DNA of 64,000 bases from Sedimentibacter sp. (GTDB lineage Bacteria; Bacillota; Clostridia; Tissierellales; Sedimentibacteraceae). Below, piece by piece: positions 19,802-32,544 of this stretch (positions are counted from its first letter, which is position 1; the number at the start of each line of letters is the position of its first letter). Location of the stretch: NCBI RefSeq assembly GCF_038562225.1, contig NZ_JBCFAS010000007.1, forward strand, positions 63,277 to 127,276, read 5' to 3'. The translations under genes and the position numbers were made by a program. The notes under the pieces are model-generated. The model had not been told where the DNA came from and did not search any database. It worked only from the letters and a program-made list of their open reading frames with translations.

Positions 19802-20545
19802 ATGGCTAGGATAGACAACAGAAAAAACGATGAACTGAGAAATGTTAAAATAACCAGGAACTATTTGATGCATCCGGACGGATCAGTTTTAATAGAAGTT
19901 GGAAACACAAAGGTAATATGCACAGCAATGGTTGAAGAAAGAGTCCCTCCGTTTTTAAAGGGAACAGGCAAGGGATGGGTATCCGCAGAGTATTCCATGA
20001 TACCGGGCTCAACCATGACCAGGAAACAAAGGGATGTCAACAAGGGTAAAATAGACGGCAGATCCCAGGAAATACAAAGGCTCATAGGCAGAAGCCTCAG
20101 AAGCGTTGTGGATATGGAAGCAATCGGAGAGAGGACGCTGTGGATAGACTGCGACGTTATTCAGGCAGACGGAGGAACAAGGACTGCTTCAATCACAGGC
20201 GCCTTTGTAGCCATGTCAGATGCCTTCAGTAAGCTGGCAGCAGCAGGACTCATATCAAAAATGCCCATCAAGGCCTTTGTGACAGCAGTAAGTGTTGGAA
20301 TAAGCGGCGGTGAAACAATTCTTGACCTTTGCTACGAGGAAGATTCGGCAGCTGAGGTTGACATGAACATAGTGATGACCAACAAGGGTGAATTTGTTGA
20401 GGTGCAGGGTTCGGGAGAGGAAGCGACGTTTTCCCACGATCAGTTCATGAACCTTGTTTCGCTGGCGACAAAGGGATGTCAGGACCTTTATAAAATCCAG
20501 AGGGAAGCGTTGGGAGAAGAAATAAGCGAGGCAATCGGAAAATGA
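19802..20545 (+). CDS. rph: Ribonuclease PH
   Basis: [36 protein letters not shown]. Confidence 0.97.
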   Translation: MARIDNRKNDELRNVKITRNYLMHPDGSVLIEVGNTKVICTAMVEERVPPFLKGTGKGWVSAEYSMIPGSTMTRKQRDVNKGKIDGRSQEIQRLIGRSLRSVVDMEAIGERTLWIDCDVIQADGGTRTASITGAFVAMSDAFSKLAAAGLISKMPIKAFVTAVSVGISGGETILDLCYEEDSAAEVDMNIVMTNKGEFVEVQGSGEEATFSHDQFMNLVSLATKGCQDLYKIQREALGEEISEAIGK

Positions 20546-21156
20546 AAAGACGAATAATACTTTCCAGCGGGAACAAGCATAAGGTAAGTGAAATAAAGGA
20601 CATACTTAAAGATACGATTTTTGAAGTGGTGTCAAAGGATGATTTGGGATACACGAAGTTTGATGTTGAGGAAGACATGGATACTCTTGAAGGCAATGCC
20701 TTCAAGAAGGCAGAAGAGCTGCACAAGCTTGTGGGCGGCATAGTCATAGCAGATGACACAGGGCTGTTCGTGGACGCTCTGGACGGAGCACCGGGAGTTT
20801 ATTCCGCAAGGTACGCCGGAGAACCTGTTTCCTACAAGGACAACAACAACCTGCTGCTGAAAAATCTAAAGGATGTACCTGCAGAAAAGCGCACCGCCAC
20901 ATTCAGAACTGTCATGGCAGTGGTCATGGAAGACGGCAGCAGGATAATGGCGGAAGGTGAGTGTAGGGGCAGAATAGCCTTAGAAGAAAGAGGAGACAAG
21001 GGCTTTGGCTATGACCCTCTTTTCGTTGTTGACGGAACGGACAAGACATTTTCTGAAATGTCCGAAGACGAAAAAAACAAGATAAGTCACAGGGCAAATG
21101 CTCTGATGAATTTAAAGAAGAAGCTGGAGGAAGCAAGTGAGGGTACTGGTAATTAG
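20542..21156 (+). CDS. rdgB: XTP/dITP diphosphatase (Ham1 family)
   Basis: [33 protein letters not shown]. Confidence 0.95.
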   Translation: MKRRIILSSGNKHKVSEIKDILKDTIFEVVSKDDLGYTKFDVEEDMDTLEGNAFKKAEELHKLVGGIVIADDTGLFVDALDGAPGVYSARYAGEPVSYKDNNNLLLKNLKDVPAEKRTATFRTVMAVVMEDGSRIMAEGECRGRIALEERGDKGFGYDPLFVVDGTDKTFSEMSEDEKNKISHRANALMNLKKKLEEASEGTGN

Positions 21157-21622
21157 CGACAGCCACGGAGCGGTATTTGACAGCCACATGGATGAGATGA
21201 AAAAATATGGAGACTTCGACATATTGGTTCACTGCGGTGATAAGTACAAGGATGCACAGAAATTTGCGGACAAACTGAATATTTCAACAGTCTATCAGGT
21301 GCCGGGAAACTGTGACTACGACATCAGCGGCAAAGAGGAGATTCTCTTAAGGGAAATATGCGGGAGAAATGTCCTGATTACTCATGGCCATCTTCACAAC
21401 GTGAAGCTGAACATTGAAGCTCTGAAAGCATATGCTGAGGATAATGGAGCAGACGCGGTGCTGTACGGACACACCCACGGCGCCCAGAACGACTTCATAG
21501 GCAATGTTCTGTACTTCAATCCCGGCAGCACAGTGTTTCCCAGGGACGGGAAACCAAGCTTTGGCGTAGTGGAATTTACGGACTCTGAAATCAGAGGAAG
21601 GATAATTCTTCTGCAGAACTAA
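21137..21622 (+). CDS. YfcE/YsnB-type metallophosphoesterase
   Basis: ISDSHG, HCGD, GNCD, THGH, GHTH, NPGS. Confidence 0.92.
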   Translation: MRVLVISDSHGAVFDSHMDEMKKYGDFDILVHCGDKYKDAQKFADKLNISTVYQVPGNCDYDISGKEEILLREICGRNVLITHGHLHNVKLNIEALKAYAEDNGADAVLYGHTHGAQNDFIGNVLYFNPGSTVFPRDGKPSFGVVEFTDSEIRGRIILLQN

Positions 21623-21625
21623 TTT

Positions 21626-21726
21626 TGTCATCCTGAGCGTCAGGCTGAACCTGAAAAATAGGGTTAGGGCATCTTTCGGACTGCGTCCTCAGAATGACAC
21701 GTTCAAAAATTACTTTTTCGTCAACG
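21626..21726. repeat. REP/MITE-like palindromic intergenic repeat, copy 2
   Basis: TGTCATCCTGAG...CTCAGAATGACA plus a 3' tail resembling copy 1. Confidence 0.65.
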
Positions 21727-21750
21727 AGAGGGGTAACCCTCTTTTTTTTT
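21727..21750 (+). terminator. Intrinsic terminator of the rph operon
   Basis: AGAGGG-GTAA-CCCTCT then long T-run. Confidence 0.75.
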
Positions 21751-21856
21751 CTGAGATTTATGTAGAAAGATGCAGATGTTTTTGTTATAATAAATAAATG
21801 TTACTATAATTGTGTTGGTTTATAAAGGCAAGATCATTAATTGCAAGAGGAATCAT

Positions 21857-22558
21857 ATGAAAATAGATGCAGTGAAACTTGGAAGAATTGAATATGCAGA
21901 AGCTTTAACCCTGCAGCAGAAGCTTCTCGCCTTGAGACAGCAGGAAAAAATTAAAGACACACTGCTTCTGGTTGAACACGATCCGGTGCTTACAATCGGC
22001 AGCAGCGGCAGTGCTTCGAACATACTTCTGCCCAGGGAACTGCTGAAGGAAAACGGCATAGACGTATATGAGGTCAACAGGGGCGGAGACGTGACATATC
22101 ACGGTCCGGGGCAGATTGTAGGATACCCGGTAATGAACCTTAAAAATTACGGAAGCGACTTGCGTTCATTCATGTGGAGAATGGAAGATGTCTTCGTACA
22201 CCTTCTCAGGGAACAATATTTTGTAGAAGCATACAGGGATGAGAAAAAATATACCGGTGTTTGGGTTGGAAACGACAAAATCACAGCTGTTGGGGTGGCT
22301 GTGAGAAAATGGGTGTCCATGCATGGATTTGCATTCAATGTGAATACGGACCTGGAACATTTCAGATGGATAAACCCCTGCGGAATCACCGACAGAGGCG
22401 TTACATCACTTAAAAAGATTCTGGGGCATGATATGGATTTTGAAAAGATCAACAACCAGGTGGCTGAATACTTCTGCAGGACGTTTGAAGCTGAATGCTG
22501 TTTTGAGGAAAAATCACATTTTTTATCTAGAATTGAAAATATAAGCGTTGAGGAGTAA
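21857..22558 (+). CDS. lipB: Lipoyl(octanoyl) transferase
   Basis: [34 protein letters not shown]. Confidence 0.93.
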   Translation: MKIDAVKLGRIEYAEALTLQQKLLALRQQEKIKDTLLLVEHDPVLTIGSSGSASNILLPRELLKENGIDVYEVNRGGDVTYHGPGQIVGYPVMNLKNYGSDLRSFMWRMEDVFVHLLREQYFVEAYRDEKKYTGVWVGNDKITAVGVAVRKWVSMHGFAFNVNTDLEHFRWINPCGITDRGVTSLKKILGHDMDFEKINNQVAEYFCRTFEAECCFEEKSHFLSRIENISVEE

Positions 22559-22560
22559 CT

Positions 22561-23412
22561 ATGGAAAGAAAATATCCGGATTGGCTGAAAATTAAAGTGA
22601 AGTCTTCGCAGGACATAAATTATGTCAATGATTTGCTTAAGACACTTAACCTTAATACCGTATGCGAACATGCCAACTGTCCAAATCTGATGGAATGCTA
22701 CAACAGAAAGACAGCAACATTCATGATACTGGGCAGCATGTGTACCCGCAACTGCACATTCTGCAATGTCACCAAGGGAAAGACGGAAAATGTAGACCCT
22801 CATGAACCTGAACATGTTGCTCAGGCTGTGCGAAAGCTGGGGCTGAAGCACGTGGTGGTTACTTCCGTTACCAGGGATGACCTTGAGGACGGAGGAGCCG
22901 GTCATTTTGCAGATGTAATAAAAAGAATAAAAGAGCTGAACAGCAGTGTGACAGTGGAAGTGCTTATTCCCGACTTTGCAGGAAATGAGGCGGCATTGAA
23001 AAAGGTGGTTGTTGCCAAGCCTGAAATAATAAATCACAACATTGAAACCGTGCAGAGACTCTATGCGGAAGTTCGCCCCAAGGCTGATTACAGGCGTTCA
23101 CTGGAGTTGCTTGAGAACATAAAAAACATGGATGGAACCATTCTTTCCAAGAGCGGGATCATGGTCGGACTTGGAGAAAAGGAGTCTGAGGTCATTGAGG
23201 TTTTCAAGGATCTCAGGTCTGTCGGCTGTGACATACTGACAGTCGGACAGTACCTGGCTCCCTCCCCGCAGCATCACCCTGTTGTTGAATATATCCATCC
23301 GGACATTTTCAGCATGTACAAGGAGAGGGCAGAAGAAATGGGATTCAAGTACGTTGCTTCCGCACCGCTGGTCCGCAGCTCCTACCATGCAGACAAGGCC
23401 CTGGAAGCATGA
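22561..23412 (+). CDS. lipA: Lipoyl synthase (radical SAM)
   Basis: [34 protein letters not shown]. Confidence 0.97.
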   Translation: MERKYPDWLKIKVKSSQDINYVNDLLKTLNLNTVCEHANCPNLMECYNRKTATFMILGSMCTRNCTFCNVTKGKTENVDPHEPEHVAQAVRKLGLKHVVVTSVTRDDLEDGGAGHFADVIKRIKELNSSVTVEVLIPDFAGNEAALKKVVVAKPEIINHNIETVQRLYAEVRPKADYRRSLELLENIKNMDGTILSKSGIMVGLGEKESEVIEVFKDLRSVGCDILTVGQYLAPSPQHHPVVEYIHPDIFSMYKERAEEMGFKYVASAPLVRSSYHADKALEA

Positions 23413-23543
23413 AACAAATAATGTTTATATAATTTATGGTTGTACTGATTATTAATTTAAACTGCCTTTTCAATACCAAAAAATTGGGTATAATGGTAAG
23501 GCAGTTTTTTATTGTATGTATTTAAATTGAATCGTTATAATAG

Positions 23544-23590
23544 TTGACTTAGGATATCAAAAGATATATAATGAAACGAACATACGTTTT
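23544..23590 (+). promoter_or_regulatory. Sigma-A promoter and LexA (SOS) box of uvrBA
   Basis: TTGACT-17-TATAAT (23544-23572); CGAAC-ATAC-GTTTT 23577-23590 matches the Firmicute GAAC-N4-GTTY box. Confidence 0.85.
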
Positions 23591-23607
23591 GCTGCGTGGA
23601 GGCGGTT

Positions 23608-25599
23608 ATGGGAGAATTTAAAATAAAATCCGAATTCAAGCCCACCGGCGACCAGCCGGAGGCTATTGAAAGAATTGCAAGGGGAATAGATAACAAACTC
23701 AAATATCAGACGCTGCTGGGGGTTACGGGCTCCGGCAAGACATTCACCATGGCCAACATCATTGAGAAGGTTCAAAAACCAACACTGGTGCTGGCTCACA
23801 ACAAGACGCTGGCTGCACAGCTGTGCTCGGAATTCAAGGAGTTCTTTCCGGACAACGCCGTGGAGTACTTCGTAAGCTACTACGACTACTACCAGCCGGA
23901 AGCGTACGTTCCAAGCAGCGACACATTCATAGAGAAGGATGCATCAATCAACGACGAAATCGACAAGCTCAGGCACTCGGCAACGGCATCCCTGTTTGAA
24001 AGGAAGGATGTAATCATTGTTGCCAGCGTCTCGTGCATATACGGACTGGGAAGCCCTATGGACTATGAAAACCTGGTTATATCACTGAGGCCGGGCATGG
24101 AAAAGGGCAGGGACGAGACCATCCGAAAGCTCATAGAGATACAGTACAAAAGAAACGACATAAGCTTCACCCGAGGAACGTTCAGGGTAAGGGGAGACAC
24201 CCTTGAAATATTTCCTGCATCATCCTCAGAAAATGCCATCAGGGTGGAATTCTTCGGAGACGAGGTAGACAGGATAACGGAAATCAACACAGTCACAGGA
24301 GAACTTATTGGCAGGAGAAACCACATTTCCATATTCCCTGCAACACACTATGCCACAACGGAAGAAAACGTCAAGAGGGCTGTTGTGAGCATCAAGGAAG
24401 AACTCGAAGACAGGCTGAAGTGTTTCGAAAGCGAGAACAAGCTTCTTGAGATGCAGCGTCTGGAGCAGAGAACAAACTACGATGTGGAAATGCTTCAGGA
24501 AATGGGATACTGCAACGGCATCGAAAACTACTCAAGGCACATAAACAACCTTGAAGCCGGCATGAGGCCCTTTACTCTGCTGGATTACTTCCCGAAAGAT
24601 TTTCTGATGATCATAGATGAGTCCCACGTTACATTGCCTCAGGTAAGAGGAATGTACAACGGAGACAGGGCAAGGAAGACCACGCTGGTGGACTACGGCT
24701 TCCGTCTGCCATCGGCACTGGACAACAGGCCTCTGAAGTTTGACGAGTTTGAAAAGATCATCAGCCAGGTTGTGTTTGTAAGCGCCACACCGGGACCCTA
24801 TGAGGCAGAGCATTCGCAGAATGTGGCAGAGCAGATTATTCGTCCTACAGGACTTCTGGATCCGCCTATTTACGTGCGCCCGGTGAACAACCAGATTGAC
24901 GACCTCATCAACGAAATCAGGAAGTCCACAGAAAAGAACCAAAGGGTTCTCGTTACAACCCTCACCAAGAAAATGGCAGAGGACTTAACCACATACTTCA
25001 AAAACACAGGCATAAGGGTAAGATACCTGCATTCGGACATCGACACGCTGGAGAGAATGGAAATAATCAGGGACCTGCGCATAGGTGAATTCGACGTGCT
25101 GGTAGGAATAAACCTTTTGAGGGAAGGCCTTGACCTTCCTGAGGTTTCGTTGGTGGCAATTCTAGATGCCGACAAGGAAGGCTTCCTGCGCTCGGAAACA
25201 TCGCTCATCCAGACAGTGGGAAGAGCCGCAAGAAACTCTGACGGCAGAGTCATCATGTATGCTGACAGGATGACCGGCTCCATGGAAAGGGCAATCAGGG
25301 AAACAGACAGAAGAAGGGAAATCCAGGACAAATACAACAAGGAACACAACATCACACCTAAATCAATCATCAAGGGAGTACGTGACATCATAGAGGCTAC
25401 CAAGGCAGCAGAGGATGAGAAGCCTTACAGGACCAAGGCAGGCGCAGGAGATATTCAGTCTGTTCAGGCTTACATCATAGAGCTTGAGAAAGAAATGAGA
25501 AAAGCTGCTGAAAACCTCGAATTTGAAAAAGCAGCCCATCTGAGGGATGAAATAAAGGATATAAAGATGCAGAACAATATAGAATTAGTTGCAGAGTGA
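23608..25599 (+). CDS. uvrB: Excinuclease ABC subunit B
   Basis: [34 protein letters not shown]; ATG 23608 after GGAGG. Confidence 0.98.
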   Translation: MGEFKIKSEFKPTGDQPEAIERIARGIDNKLKYQTLLGVTGSGKTFTMANIIEKVQKPTLVLAHNKTLAAQLCSEFKEFFPDNAVEYFVSYYDYYQPEAYVPSSDTFIEKDASINDEIDKLRHSATASLFERKDVIIVASVSCIYGLGSPMDYENLVISLRPGMEKGRDETIRKLIEIQYKRNDISFTRGTFRVRGDTLEIFPASSSENAIRVEFFGDEVDRITEINTVTGELIGRRNHISIFPATHYATTEENVKRAVVSIKEELEDRLKCFESENKLLEMQRLEQRTNYDVEMLQEMGYCNGIENYSRHINNLEAGMRPFTLLDYFPKDFLMIIDESHVTLPQVRGMYNGDRARKTTLVDYGFRLPSALDNRPLKFDEFEKIISQVVFVSATPGPYEAEHSQNVAEQIIRPTGLLDPPIYVRPVNNQIDDLINEIRKSTEKNQRVLVTTLTKKMAEDLTTYFKNTGIRVRYLHSDIDTLERMEIIRDLRIGEFDVLVGINLLREGLDLPEVSLVAILDADKEGFLRSETSLIQTVGRAARNSDGRVIMYADRMTGSMERAIRETDRRREIQDKYNKEHNITPKSIIKGVRDIIEATKAAEDEKPYRTKAGAGDIQSVQAYIIELEKEMRKAAENLEFEKAAHLRDEIKDIKMQNNIELVAE

Positions 25600-25610
25600 A
25601 AGGATGAACA

Positions 25611-28427
25611 ATGGATAAAATAATAATTAGGGGAGCCAAGGAAAACAACCTGAAGAACGTCAGCGTGGAGCTTCCCAGGGACAAACTCATTGTCTTCACC
25701 GGAGTCAGCGGCTCGGGAAAGACGTCGCTGGCGTTCGACACCATTTATGCTGAAGGACAGAGGCGCTATGTGGAAAGTCTGTCTTCCTACGCACGAATGT
25801 TTCTTGGACAGATGGATAAGCCTGATGTGGAATCAATAGAAGGACTGTCCCCGGCCATATCCATAGACCAGAAAACAACCAGCAAAAACCCCCGTTCAAC
25901 GGTTGGAACCGTAACGGAAATATATGATTATTACAGGCTTTTGTTTGCAAGGATAGGAATTCCCCACTGCCCCAACTGCGGGAAGCCCATCACTACACAG
26001 ACAATCGACCAGATAACAGACAAGGTTCTGGAATACGAAGAAAGAACAAAAATACAGATTCTGGCTCCCATGGTTAGGGGAGCAAAGGGAACACATAAAA
26101 AGCTTCTGGAAAACATAAAAAAAGACGGCTATGTGAGAGTAAGATTGGACGGCGAAATCATGGAGCTGGAAGAAGAACTGAATCTGGACAAGAACAAGAA
26201 GCACAGCATAGAAGTTATTGTGGACCGACTAATCATAAAGGAAGGAATACAGAAAAGACTTGTGGATTCTGTTGAGACCGCCCTTGAGCTTTCAGGGGGA
26301 ATGGTGCTTGTTGATGTCATGGGACAGGAAGAGCTGCTTATGAGCACGAAGTTTGCCTGCACGGACTGCGGTATAGGCTTCGGTGAAATTTCACCAAGGA
26401 TGTTTTCCTTCAACAATCCCATAGGAGCATGCCCCACATGCAACGGACTGGGAGTCAAAAGAGAGATAGATCCTGACCTGGTAATACCGGATTATTCAAA
26501 GACCGTGGCTGAAAGGGCAATCGCGCCTTACGGAGCCGATGAGGAAGGATATTACTACCAGATATTCAAAACCATAGCAGACCAACACAGGTTTGACATA
26601 TCGAAACCCCTTTCCGAAGCACCAAAGGAATTCATAGATGAAATTCTGTACGGCACCAACGGCAGGGAACTGTCTGTAGAGTTCAACAGCAAGTTTCAGG
26701 GCTACAAGACGTACACAAGGGAATTCGAAGGCGTCGTGAACAATCTTCAGAGAAGATACATGGAAACAAAGTCTCCTGAAATGCGTGAGTGGATAGAGGA
26801 GTACATGTATGAAAGCCTGTGCCCCGAATGCCACGGTGCCAGATTAAATCCCATAAGCCTTGCAGTAAAGGTTGGAAACAAAAATATTTATCAGGTAACC
26901 CAGCTTTCGGTGAAAAACAGCCTGAAGTTCTTTGATGAATTGGAATTGAGCCCCATTAACAGAATCATAGGCGGACAGATAATCAAGGAAATTAATTCAA
27001 GACTGCAGTTTCTGTCGGATGTGGGGCTTACGTACCTGACGCTGGAAAGAAGCGCCGGCACGCTGTCGGGAGGGGAATCGCAGAGAATAAGGCTGGCAAC
27101 TCAGATAGGTTCAAGCCTGGTGGGAGTTTTGTACGTGCTGGACGAACCCAGCATAGGCCTTCACCAGAGAGACAACAGCATGCTCATAAAGACACTGAGA
27201 AATCTCACTGATTTAGGCAACACCCTCATCGTGGTGGAGCATGACGAAGAAACCATGGAAAATGCCGATTACATTCTGGACATCGGTCCGGGAGCCGGTG
27301 TTCACGGAGGAGAGGTTGTTGCATGCGGCACGTTCGAGGATATCAAAAACAATGAAAATTCCATTACGGGACAGTATTTAAGCGGCAAAAAGAAAATCGA
27401 GATTCCCGAAGTGAGAAGGGTTCCTGAGAAGTTCATAGAAATCAAAGGAGCAAAGGAAAACAACCTTAAGAATTTGGACGTGAAGATACCCCTTGGGTTG
27501 TTGTGCTGTGTCACAGGAGTGTCCGGCTCTGGCAAAAGCTCGCTCATAAATGAGATACTGTCAAAAGGCCTCCATCAGAAGCTGTTCCGCAACTCAAACC
27601 GTCCTGGCAGGTATGACGAAATGTTGGGCGTTGAACATTTAGACAAGATAATTACCATAGACCAGTCACCTATCGGAAGGACGCCAAGGTCAAACCCTGC
27701 CACATACACCGGTGTGTTTGACTATATCAGGGACGTGTTCGCCATGACGCTTGAAGCAAAGGAAAGAGGCTACCAGAAGGGACGCTTCAGCTTCAATGTC
27801 AAGGGAGGCAGGTGCGAGGCGTGCCATGGAGACGGTATTTTAAAAATAGAAATGCACTTCCTTCCTGATGTGTATGTTCCCTGCGATGTGTGCAAGGGCA
27901 AGAGATACAACAGGGAAACACTGGAAGTGAGGTACAAGGGTAAAAACATTTCTGAAGTTTTGGATATGACAATTGATGAAGCAATAGAATTCTTCGAGAA
28001 CATTCCAAAGATATACAACAAGATCAAGACGCTGCAGGATGTGGGACTGGGATACATCAAGCTGGGTCAGCCCTCAACGGAATTGTCCGGTGGAGAGGCT
28101 CAGCGTGTGAAGCTTGCCTATGAACTGAGCAAGAAGGGAACAGGAAGAACACTTTACGTTCTCGATGAGCCCACCACAGGCCTTCACATAGCAGACATCC
28201 ATATGCTGGTGGAGGTGCTCAACAAGCTTGTGGATGCAGGAAACTCAGTGGTTGTAATCGAGCACAACCTGGATGTCATCAAGACAGCCGACTATATACT
28301 GGATTTAGGTCCCGAAGGAGGAGACGGCGGCGGTACAATCGTAGCCCAGGGAACTCCCGAAGAGGTGGCCAAGGTGAAAAAATCCTACACCGGCCAGTAT
28401 CTGAAGAAAGTAATGAAAAACAAGTGA
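25611..28427 (+). CDS. uvrA: Excinuclease ABC subunit A
   Basis: Two GVSGSGK Walker A, zinc-finger Cys pairs, two LSGGE-QR signatures. Confidence 0.98.
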   Translation: MDKIIIRGAKENNLKNVSVELPRDKLIVFTGVSGSGKTSLAFDTIYAEGQRRYVESLSSYARMFLGQMDKPDVESIEGLSPAISIDQKTTSKNPRSTVGTVTEIYDYYRLLFARIGIPHCPNCGKPITTQTIDQITDKVLEYEERTKIQILAPMVRGAKGTHKKLLENIKKDGYVRVRLDGEIMELEEELNLDKNKKHSIEVIVDRLIIKEGIQKRLVDSVETALELSGGMVLVDVMGQEELLMSTKFACTDCGIGFGEISPRMFSFNNPIGACPTCNGLGVKREIDPDLVIPDYSKTVAERAIAPYGADEEGYYYQIFKTIADQHRFDISKPLSEAPKEFIDEILYGTNGRELSVEFNSKFQGYKTYTREFEGVVNNLQRRYMETKSPEMREWIEEYMYESLCPECHGARLNPISLAVKVGNKNIYQVTQLSVKNSLKFFDELELSPINRIIGGQIIKEINSRLQFLSDVGLTYLTLERSAGTLSGGESQRIRLATQIGSSLVGVLYVLDEPSIGLHQRDNSMLIKTLRNLTDLGNTLIVVEHDEETMENADYILDIGPGAGVHGGEVVACGTFEDIKNNENSITGQYLSGKKKIEIPEVRRVPEKFIEIKGAKENNLKNLDVKIPLGLLCCVTGVSGSGKSSLINEILSKGLHQKLFRNSNRPGRYDEMLGVEHLDKIITIDQSPIGRTPRSNPATYTGVFDYIRDVFAMTLEAKERGYQKGRFSFNVKGGRCEACHGDGILKIEMHFLPDVYVPCDVCKGKRYNRETLEVRYKGKNISEVLDMTIDEAIEFFENIPKIYNKIKTLQDVGLGYIKLGQPSTELSGGEAQRVKLAYELSKKGTGRTLYVLDEPTTGLHIADIHMLVEVLNKLVDAGNSVVVIEHNLDVIKTADYILDLGPEGGDGGGTIVAQGTPEEVAKVKKSYTGQYLKKVMKNK

Positions 28428-28471
28428 TTAACTAAAGCAATTAATAATTAAGAGTGAAGAATTAAGAAATT

Positions 28472-28507
28472 AAAGGAGGGGATTTTGCTGGTGCAAAATC
28501 CCCTTTT
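28472..28507. terminator. Bidirectional terminator
   Basis: AGGGGATTTTGC/GCAAAATCCCCT stem between convergent genes. Confidence 0.75.
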
Positions 28508-28515
28508 AAATGCTT

Positions 28516-30270
28516 TCATTCCCTCAATTTGCGGTAGAGAGTCGACAAGCTTATACCCAGTTCTCTGGCTGCCTTTTCTTTTCCGGACAGATCATCGCCG
28601 TATATTCTCAAAGCTTCGTCTATATAAAAACGCTCAATTTCCTTTATGGGTTTTATAACGGTTGTTTCGCCGGACTTTCCTGACAGCAGTCTTTTCGGAA
28701 GGTCTTCTGCCTTGATGATGTCATCCTTGGCAATGTTTACGGCATATTCAACCACATTCTGCAGTTCCCTTACATTGCCGGGCCACTTGTAATTAATAAG
28801 AAACTGCTCCGTTTCCGGTGAAAAGCTCCGGATGTTTTTATCGAGGATATCATTGTAAATGTTCAGAAAATATTTAAGCAGGACTGAAATGTCTTCCTTT
28901 CTCTCTCTCAGGGGAGGAATGATCAGAGGAATGACATTCAGACGATAGTAAAGGTCTTCGCGGAATTCTCCGGCATCAATCATCTTTTCAAGGTCCCTGT
29001 TCGTAGCTGCTATTATTCGGGTTTTCACAAGGATGTCCTTATTTGATCCGATACGTTGAAATTTTTTCTCCTGAATTGCTCTGAGAAGCTTAGGCTGCAG
29101 GTGAATAGGCATTTCGCCGACTTCATCCAGAAAAAGGGTACCCTTGTTGGCCAGCTCGAATTTGCCTATTTTACCGCCCTTCATAGATCCGGTGAATGAA
29201 CCTTCCTCATGTCCGAATAGTTCACTCTCCAGGAGGTTGTCCGGAATGGCGGCGCAGTTTACGGTTACAAAGGGTCCGTTTTTGAAACTGCTTTCTCCGT
29301 GGATTGCTCTGGCGAACACCTCTTTACCGGTACCGCTTTCGCCTTGTATCAGTATAGTGGATGAGCCCTGGGCAAATTTTATGGAATCATTCTTCAGTCT
29401 TTTCATCACATTGCTGTTGCATATGATGTCATCAAAGTAAATATGGGAAAAGTTATTTGTGATTTTGTTGACCTCGTCATAAAGGTCGGACGTCTTTTTA
29501 AAATAAATGAGCGCTCCCTTATATGACCTGTCTATGACAATAGGGTCAAACTTCACAAAGACGCTTGTTTTCTTGCCTCCAATGTAAAAAGTCATTTGTT
29601 TTTGAAAACATTCATGATTGTTCACGGTGAAAGTCTTCAGCTCGTTGCTGCCCAAAATATCACACAGCTCCTGGAATGTTTCATAGTTTTTCTCTTCCAG
29701 GCTGAACATGCTTTTGAATTTCATGTTGCAGTTTATTATGTTGTTTGATTCGTCTATTCCTATAAGAGGAGAATCTATGGACTCCACCATCAGCGAAAGC
29801 CTTTTGTGCAGTGCTTTCAGCTCAGTGTTCTCCTGCTTTTCCTCAAGCTTATTCACTATCATGTCAGACATTTTTGAGATGAAATCCATGAATGATTCAT
29901 ATTTCCCAATCAGCCTGTCCTGAGATTCCCTTTTGTTTGCATATATGCCGATACCGCCTATAGGTTCATCGTTTTTCACTATTGGAAATGCAATAAAAGA
30001 TTTGATGTCACATACATGCTTTTTTTCACAATTCCTGCATCCTTCATATTCGGAATCCCTGTCCTTAAGCATTATCATCCGGCATTCCTTCATTGCTTTT
30101 GACAAAACAGCTTCATTGCTGAGCATTTCAGTGCAGCCCCAGCTGTCCATGTTGCTGTCGGCCAGTATGCGCATTTTATTGTCACTGATCAGAACTTCCA
30201 TGTCTAATACTGTGGCAATTATCTTGGCTGTTTTATGTACATATTCGTGGATTGAAATAAGTTCACTCAT
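28516..30270 (-). CDS. Sigma-54-dependent enhancer-binding activator (sensor/PAS + AAA+ + Fis HTH)
   Basis: [49 protein letters not shown]. Confidence 0.95.
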   Translation of the reverse strand: MSELISIHEYVHKTAKIIATVLDMEVLISDNKMRILADSNMDSWGCTEMLSNEAVLSKAMKECRMIMLKDRDSEYEGCRNCEKKHVCDIKSFIAFPIVKNDEPIGGIGIYANKRESQDRLIGKYESFMDFISKMSDMIVNKLEEKQENTELKALHKRLSLMVESIDSPLIGIDESNNIINCNMKFKSMFSLEEKNYETFQELCDILGSNELKTFTVNNHECFQKQMTFYIGGKKTSVFVKFDPIVIDRSYKGALIYFKKTSDLYDEVNKITNNFSHIYFDDIICNSNVMKRLKNDSIKFAQGSSTILIQGESGTGKEVFARAIHGESSFKNGPFVTVNCAAIPDNLLESELFGHEEGSFTGSMKGGKIGKFELANKGTLFLDEVGEMPIHLQPKLLRAIQEKKFQRIGSNKDILVKTRIIAATNRDLEKMIDAGEFREDLYYRLNVIPLIIPPLRERKEDISVLLKYFLNIYNDILDKNIRSFSPETEQFLINYKWPGNVRELQNVVEYAVNIAKDDIIKAEDLPKRLLSGKSGETTVIKPIKEIERFYIDEALRIYGDDLSGKEKAARELGISLSTLYRKLRE

Positions 30271-30355
30271 TTTACACCTCCCGACACTGAATCAATTTTA
30301 ACACAATATAGAAATAAAGCCAAACTGTTTTACCAGTTCAGCCTTATTTTTAGCT

Positions 30356-31513
30356 CTAGTCAAAAGTAATGCTTTCTATTCTGTCAAATGCTTCCTTCAG
30401 TCTTGGTATTCCTGTGGTGCATGCAATACGTATATAACCTTCTCCGCAATTTCCGAATGATATTCCCGGTATGGTCAGTACATGGGCCTTTCTAAGTATT
30501 ATGTCGCTTACTTCCTCGGAGCTGAGACCTGTCTTCTTTATGTTGATGAACAGGTAGAATGTACCCTTGGGTGGAAGAACCGACATCCAGCCTATTGTGT
30601 TAATCCTCTTTTCGGAATACATCACCCTATTTTTATATTCCTCAATCATGGGAGGCTGAATGACTTCCCTGTTTTTAAGGGCATATATGGCACCTCTTTG
30701 AGATATGGAAGGAGCAGTAAACAATACGTTTTCATTTATAAGCTGAATTGTCTTGATTATTTTCTCGGGTGCTATTATGTTTCCTATGCGCCAGCCGGTC
30801 ATTGTGAAATTTTTTGAGAAACTGTTGATGGTAATTAGCCTCTCATTGAATTTCTTCAGACTTATCATGGGAACAAACGGGCTTTCGAAGCTGAAAGCTC
30901 CGTAAATGTCATCAGCTATAATAAGAAGATCGTGTTCAGCTGCAATTTTACCAATCTGAAGCAGGTTTTCTTCGGATAGGCACATACCGGTGGGATTGCT
31001 CGGAGTGTTTATTATTATTGCCTTTGTCCTTTCCGTAATAAGGTTCTTCAATCTTGATTCATTGATTCTGAAGTCTTCTTCTTCAAATGTGTCAAGTGGA
31101 ACAGGTATTCCTCTTGCAAGCTCTACTTGCTGGGGGTATGGAGTGAAATAGGGGGCTTGTATTATTACTTCGTCACCGTCGTCCAGTATGGCTTCCAGCA
31201 CCAGGTACATGGCAAGGCATCCGCTTGCAGCCACAAAGACTTCACTGTCTGAAACTTCAACATGGTATTCATCAAGGTAGAATTTGCATATTTCACTGCG
31301 AAGTTCCGGGTCTCCCCTGAAGTCGGTATACTTCGTATGACCTGCCATTGCATCTTTCATTGCTCCTTCAATCACGATTTTGTGAGTTGTAAGATCTGGA
31401 TCTCCGAGACTTAAATCAATTACATCGTAAAATTCTTTTGCCAGTTCATCAACCTTTCCCATAGGCGTTGACCGGTCCTTCCAATAACGTTTTGAAATAT
31501 AATTGTCTTTCAT
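30356..31513 (-). CDS. PLP-dependent aminotransferase class I/II
   Basis: NTPSNPTG, DDIY, SFSKNFTMTGWRIG. Confidence 0.93.
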   Translation of the reverse strand: MKDNYISKRYWKDRSTPMGKVDELAKEFYDVIDLSLGDPDLTTHKIVIEGAMKDAMAGHTKYTDFRGDPELRSEICKFYLDEYHVEVSDSEVFVAASGCLAMYLVLEAILDDGDEVIIQAPYFTPYPQQVELARGIPVPLDTFEEEDFRINESRLKNLITERTKAIIINTPSNPTGMCLSEENLLQIGKIAAEHDLLIIADDIYGAFSFESPFVPMISLKKFNERLITINSFSKNFTMTGWRIGNIIAPEKIIKTIQLINENVLFTAPSISQRGAIYALKNREVIQPPMIEEYKNRVMYSEKRINTIGWMSVLPPKGTFYLFINIKKTGLSSEEVSDIILRKAHVLTIPGISFGNCGEGYIRIACTTGIPRLKEAFDRIESITFD

Positions 31514-31516
31514 ATC

Positions 31517-32515
31517 TTACCTCAAGCTGAATGTTTCGGTGCTGCAGTTCTTGAAGTGTGCTGAATAAAGATGGGATGCAACGCCGATGTCGGTTGAACC
31601 CATTCCTATTATGCAGGCACAGATTATTTCATCGTCATTCTCTCTGCCGTTTTTATTTCCTACAATTATGTCAGGTATCTCAGCATGGATGTTCTTTTCA
31701 GAAATTAATCCTCTCTGCACCAGTTTAAGCAGCTCGCCCCTGTGTGAATTCTGACTCCAGTTATCTACTACGAGTTTGTCTGCAGTCAGCGGAATGTTCT
31801 CGTCCAGTTCCTGGAAAGAGCCCAGCGATAGGACGGTCGCACCCTTTTTCAGCCATTCTTTCATTATGAGCGGTTCGTTTGCTATGGTGGCGGTAACCAT
31901 TACGTCTGATCCTATGCATGCATCCATGCAGGAGTTAACTGGAGTGATATTAAGGTTCAACTCCTCTGACAGTTCTTTTGCATATTTTTCGCTAGCGCTT
32001 GAATATAGGTCATAAACTTTTACTTCTTCAATATCCATTACTGTGCTTATTGCTCTCAGATTCATGCGGCCAACAACCCCTGCTCCGATTATACCGACAC
32101 TTCGGGCGTTTTTTGATTTCAGATATTTCACTGCAACACCGGCAGATGCACCGGTTCTTACGTCCGTAATGTAGCTGCCGTCCATTATGGCAAGAACTTC
32201 ACCGGTTCTAGGATCGTTCAGTATGATTACAGCGCTGATATAAGGCAGTCCTTTTTTAGGATTGTCATTAAAGCCCCACACCCACTTGATTCCTGACATG
32301 TCGAAATCATTTCCCAGGTATGCAGGCATTGCGTTGTATGAGCCTCCATATGGGGGCCATTCATTGCTCTCACCCAAATCAAGGGTTATTTTGGACGGCA
32401 TTAGAACCTGGTCGCCGGCATGTGCTCTGTAAATCTTTTCCATAATATTCATGGTATCTGATATGTTTAGTTTTTCTTTTATATGGTCTCTTGAAATCAA
32501 TTTAATGTTTTTCAT
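31517..32515 (-). CDS. Ornithine cyclodeaminase/mu-crystallin family protein
   Basis: AMPAY, NPKKGLP, RTGAS, GAGVVG Rossmann motif, GMGSTD; ATG 32515 after GGAGG. Confidence 0.9.
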   Translation of the reverse strand: MKNIKLISRDHIKEKLNISDTMNIMEKIYRAHAGDQVLMPSKITLDLGESNEWPPYGGSYNAMPAYLGNDFDMSGIKWVWGFNDNPKKGLPYISAVIILNDPRTGEVLAIMDGSYITDVRTGASAGVAVKYLKSKNARSVGIIGAGVVGRMNLRAISTVMDIEEVKVYDLYSSASEKYAKELSEELNLNITPVNSCMDACIGSDVMVTATIANEPLIMKEWLKKGATVLSLGSFQELDENIPLTADKLVVDNWSQNSHRGELLKLVQRGLISEKNIHAEIPDIIVGNKNGRENDDEIICACIIGMGSTDIGVASHLYSAHFKNCSTETFSLR

Positions 32516-32544
32516 ATAATCCTCCAATAGTTTATTTCTGTTTT

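Noticed and set aside
22147-23037. 296-aa antisense ORF, and similar shadows such as 15378-16022, 37065-37787 and 45348-45974
   Set aside because: Opposite well-supported genes, with no motifs or SD; typical antisense shadows
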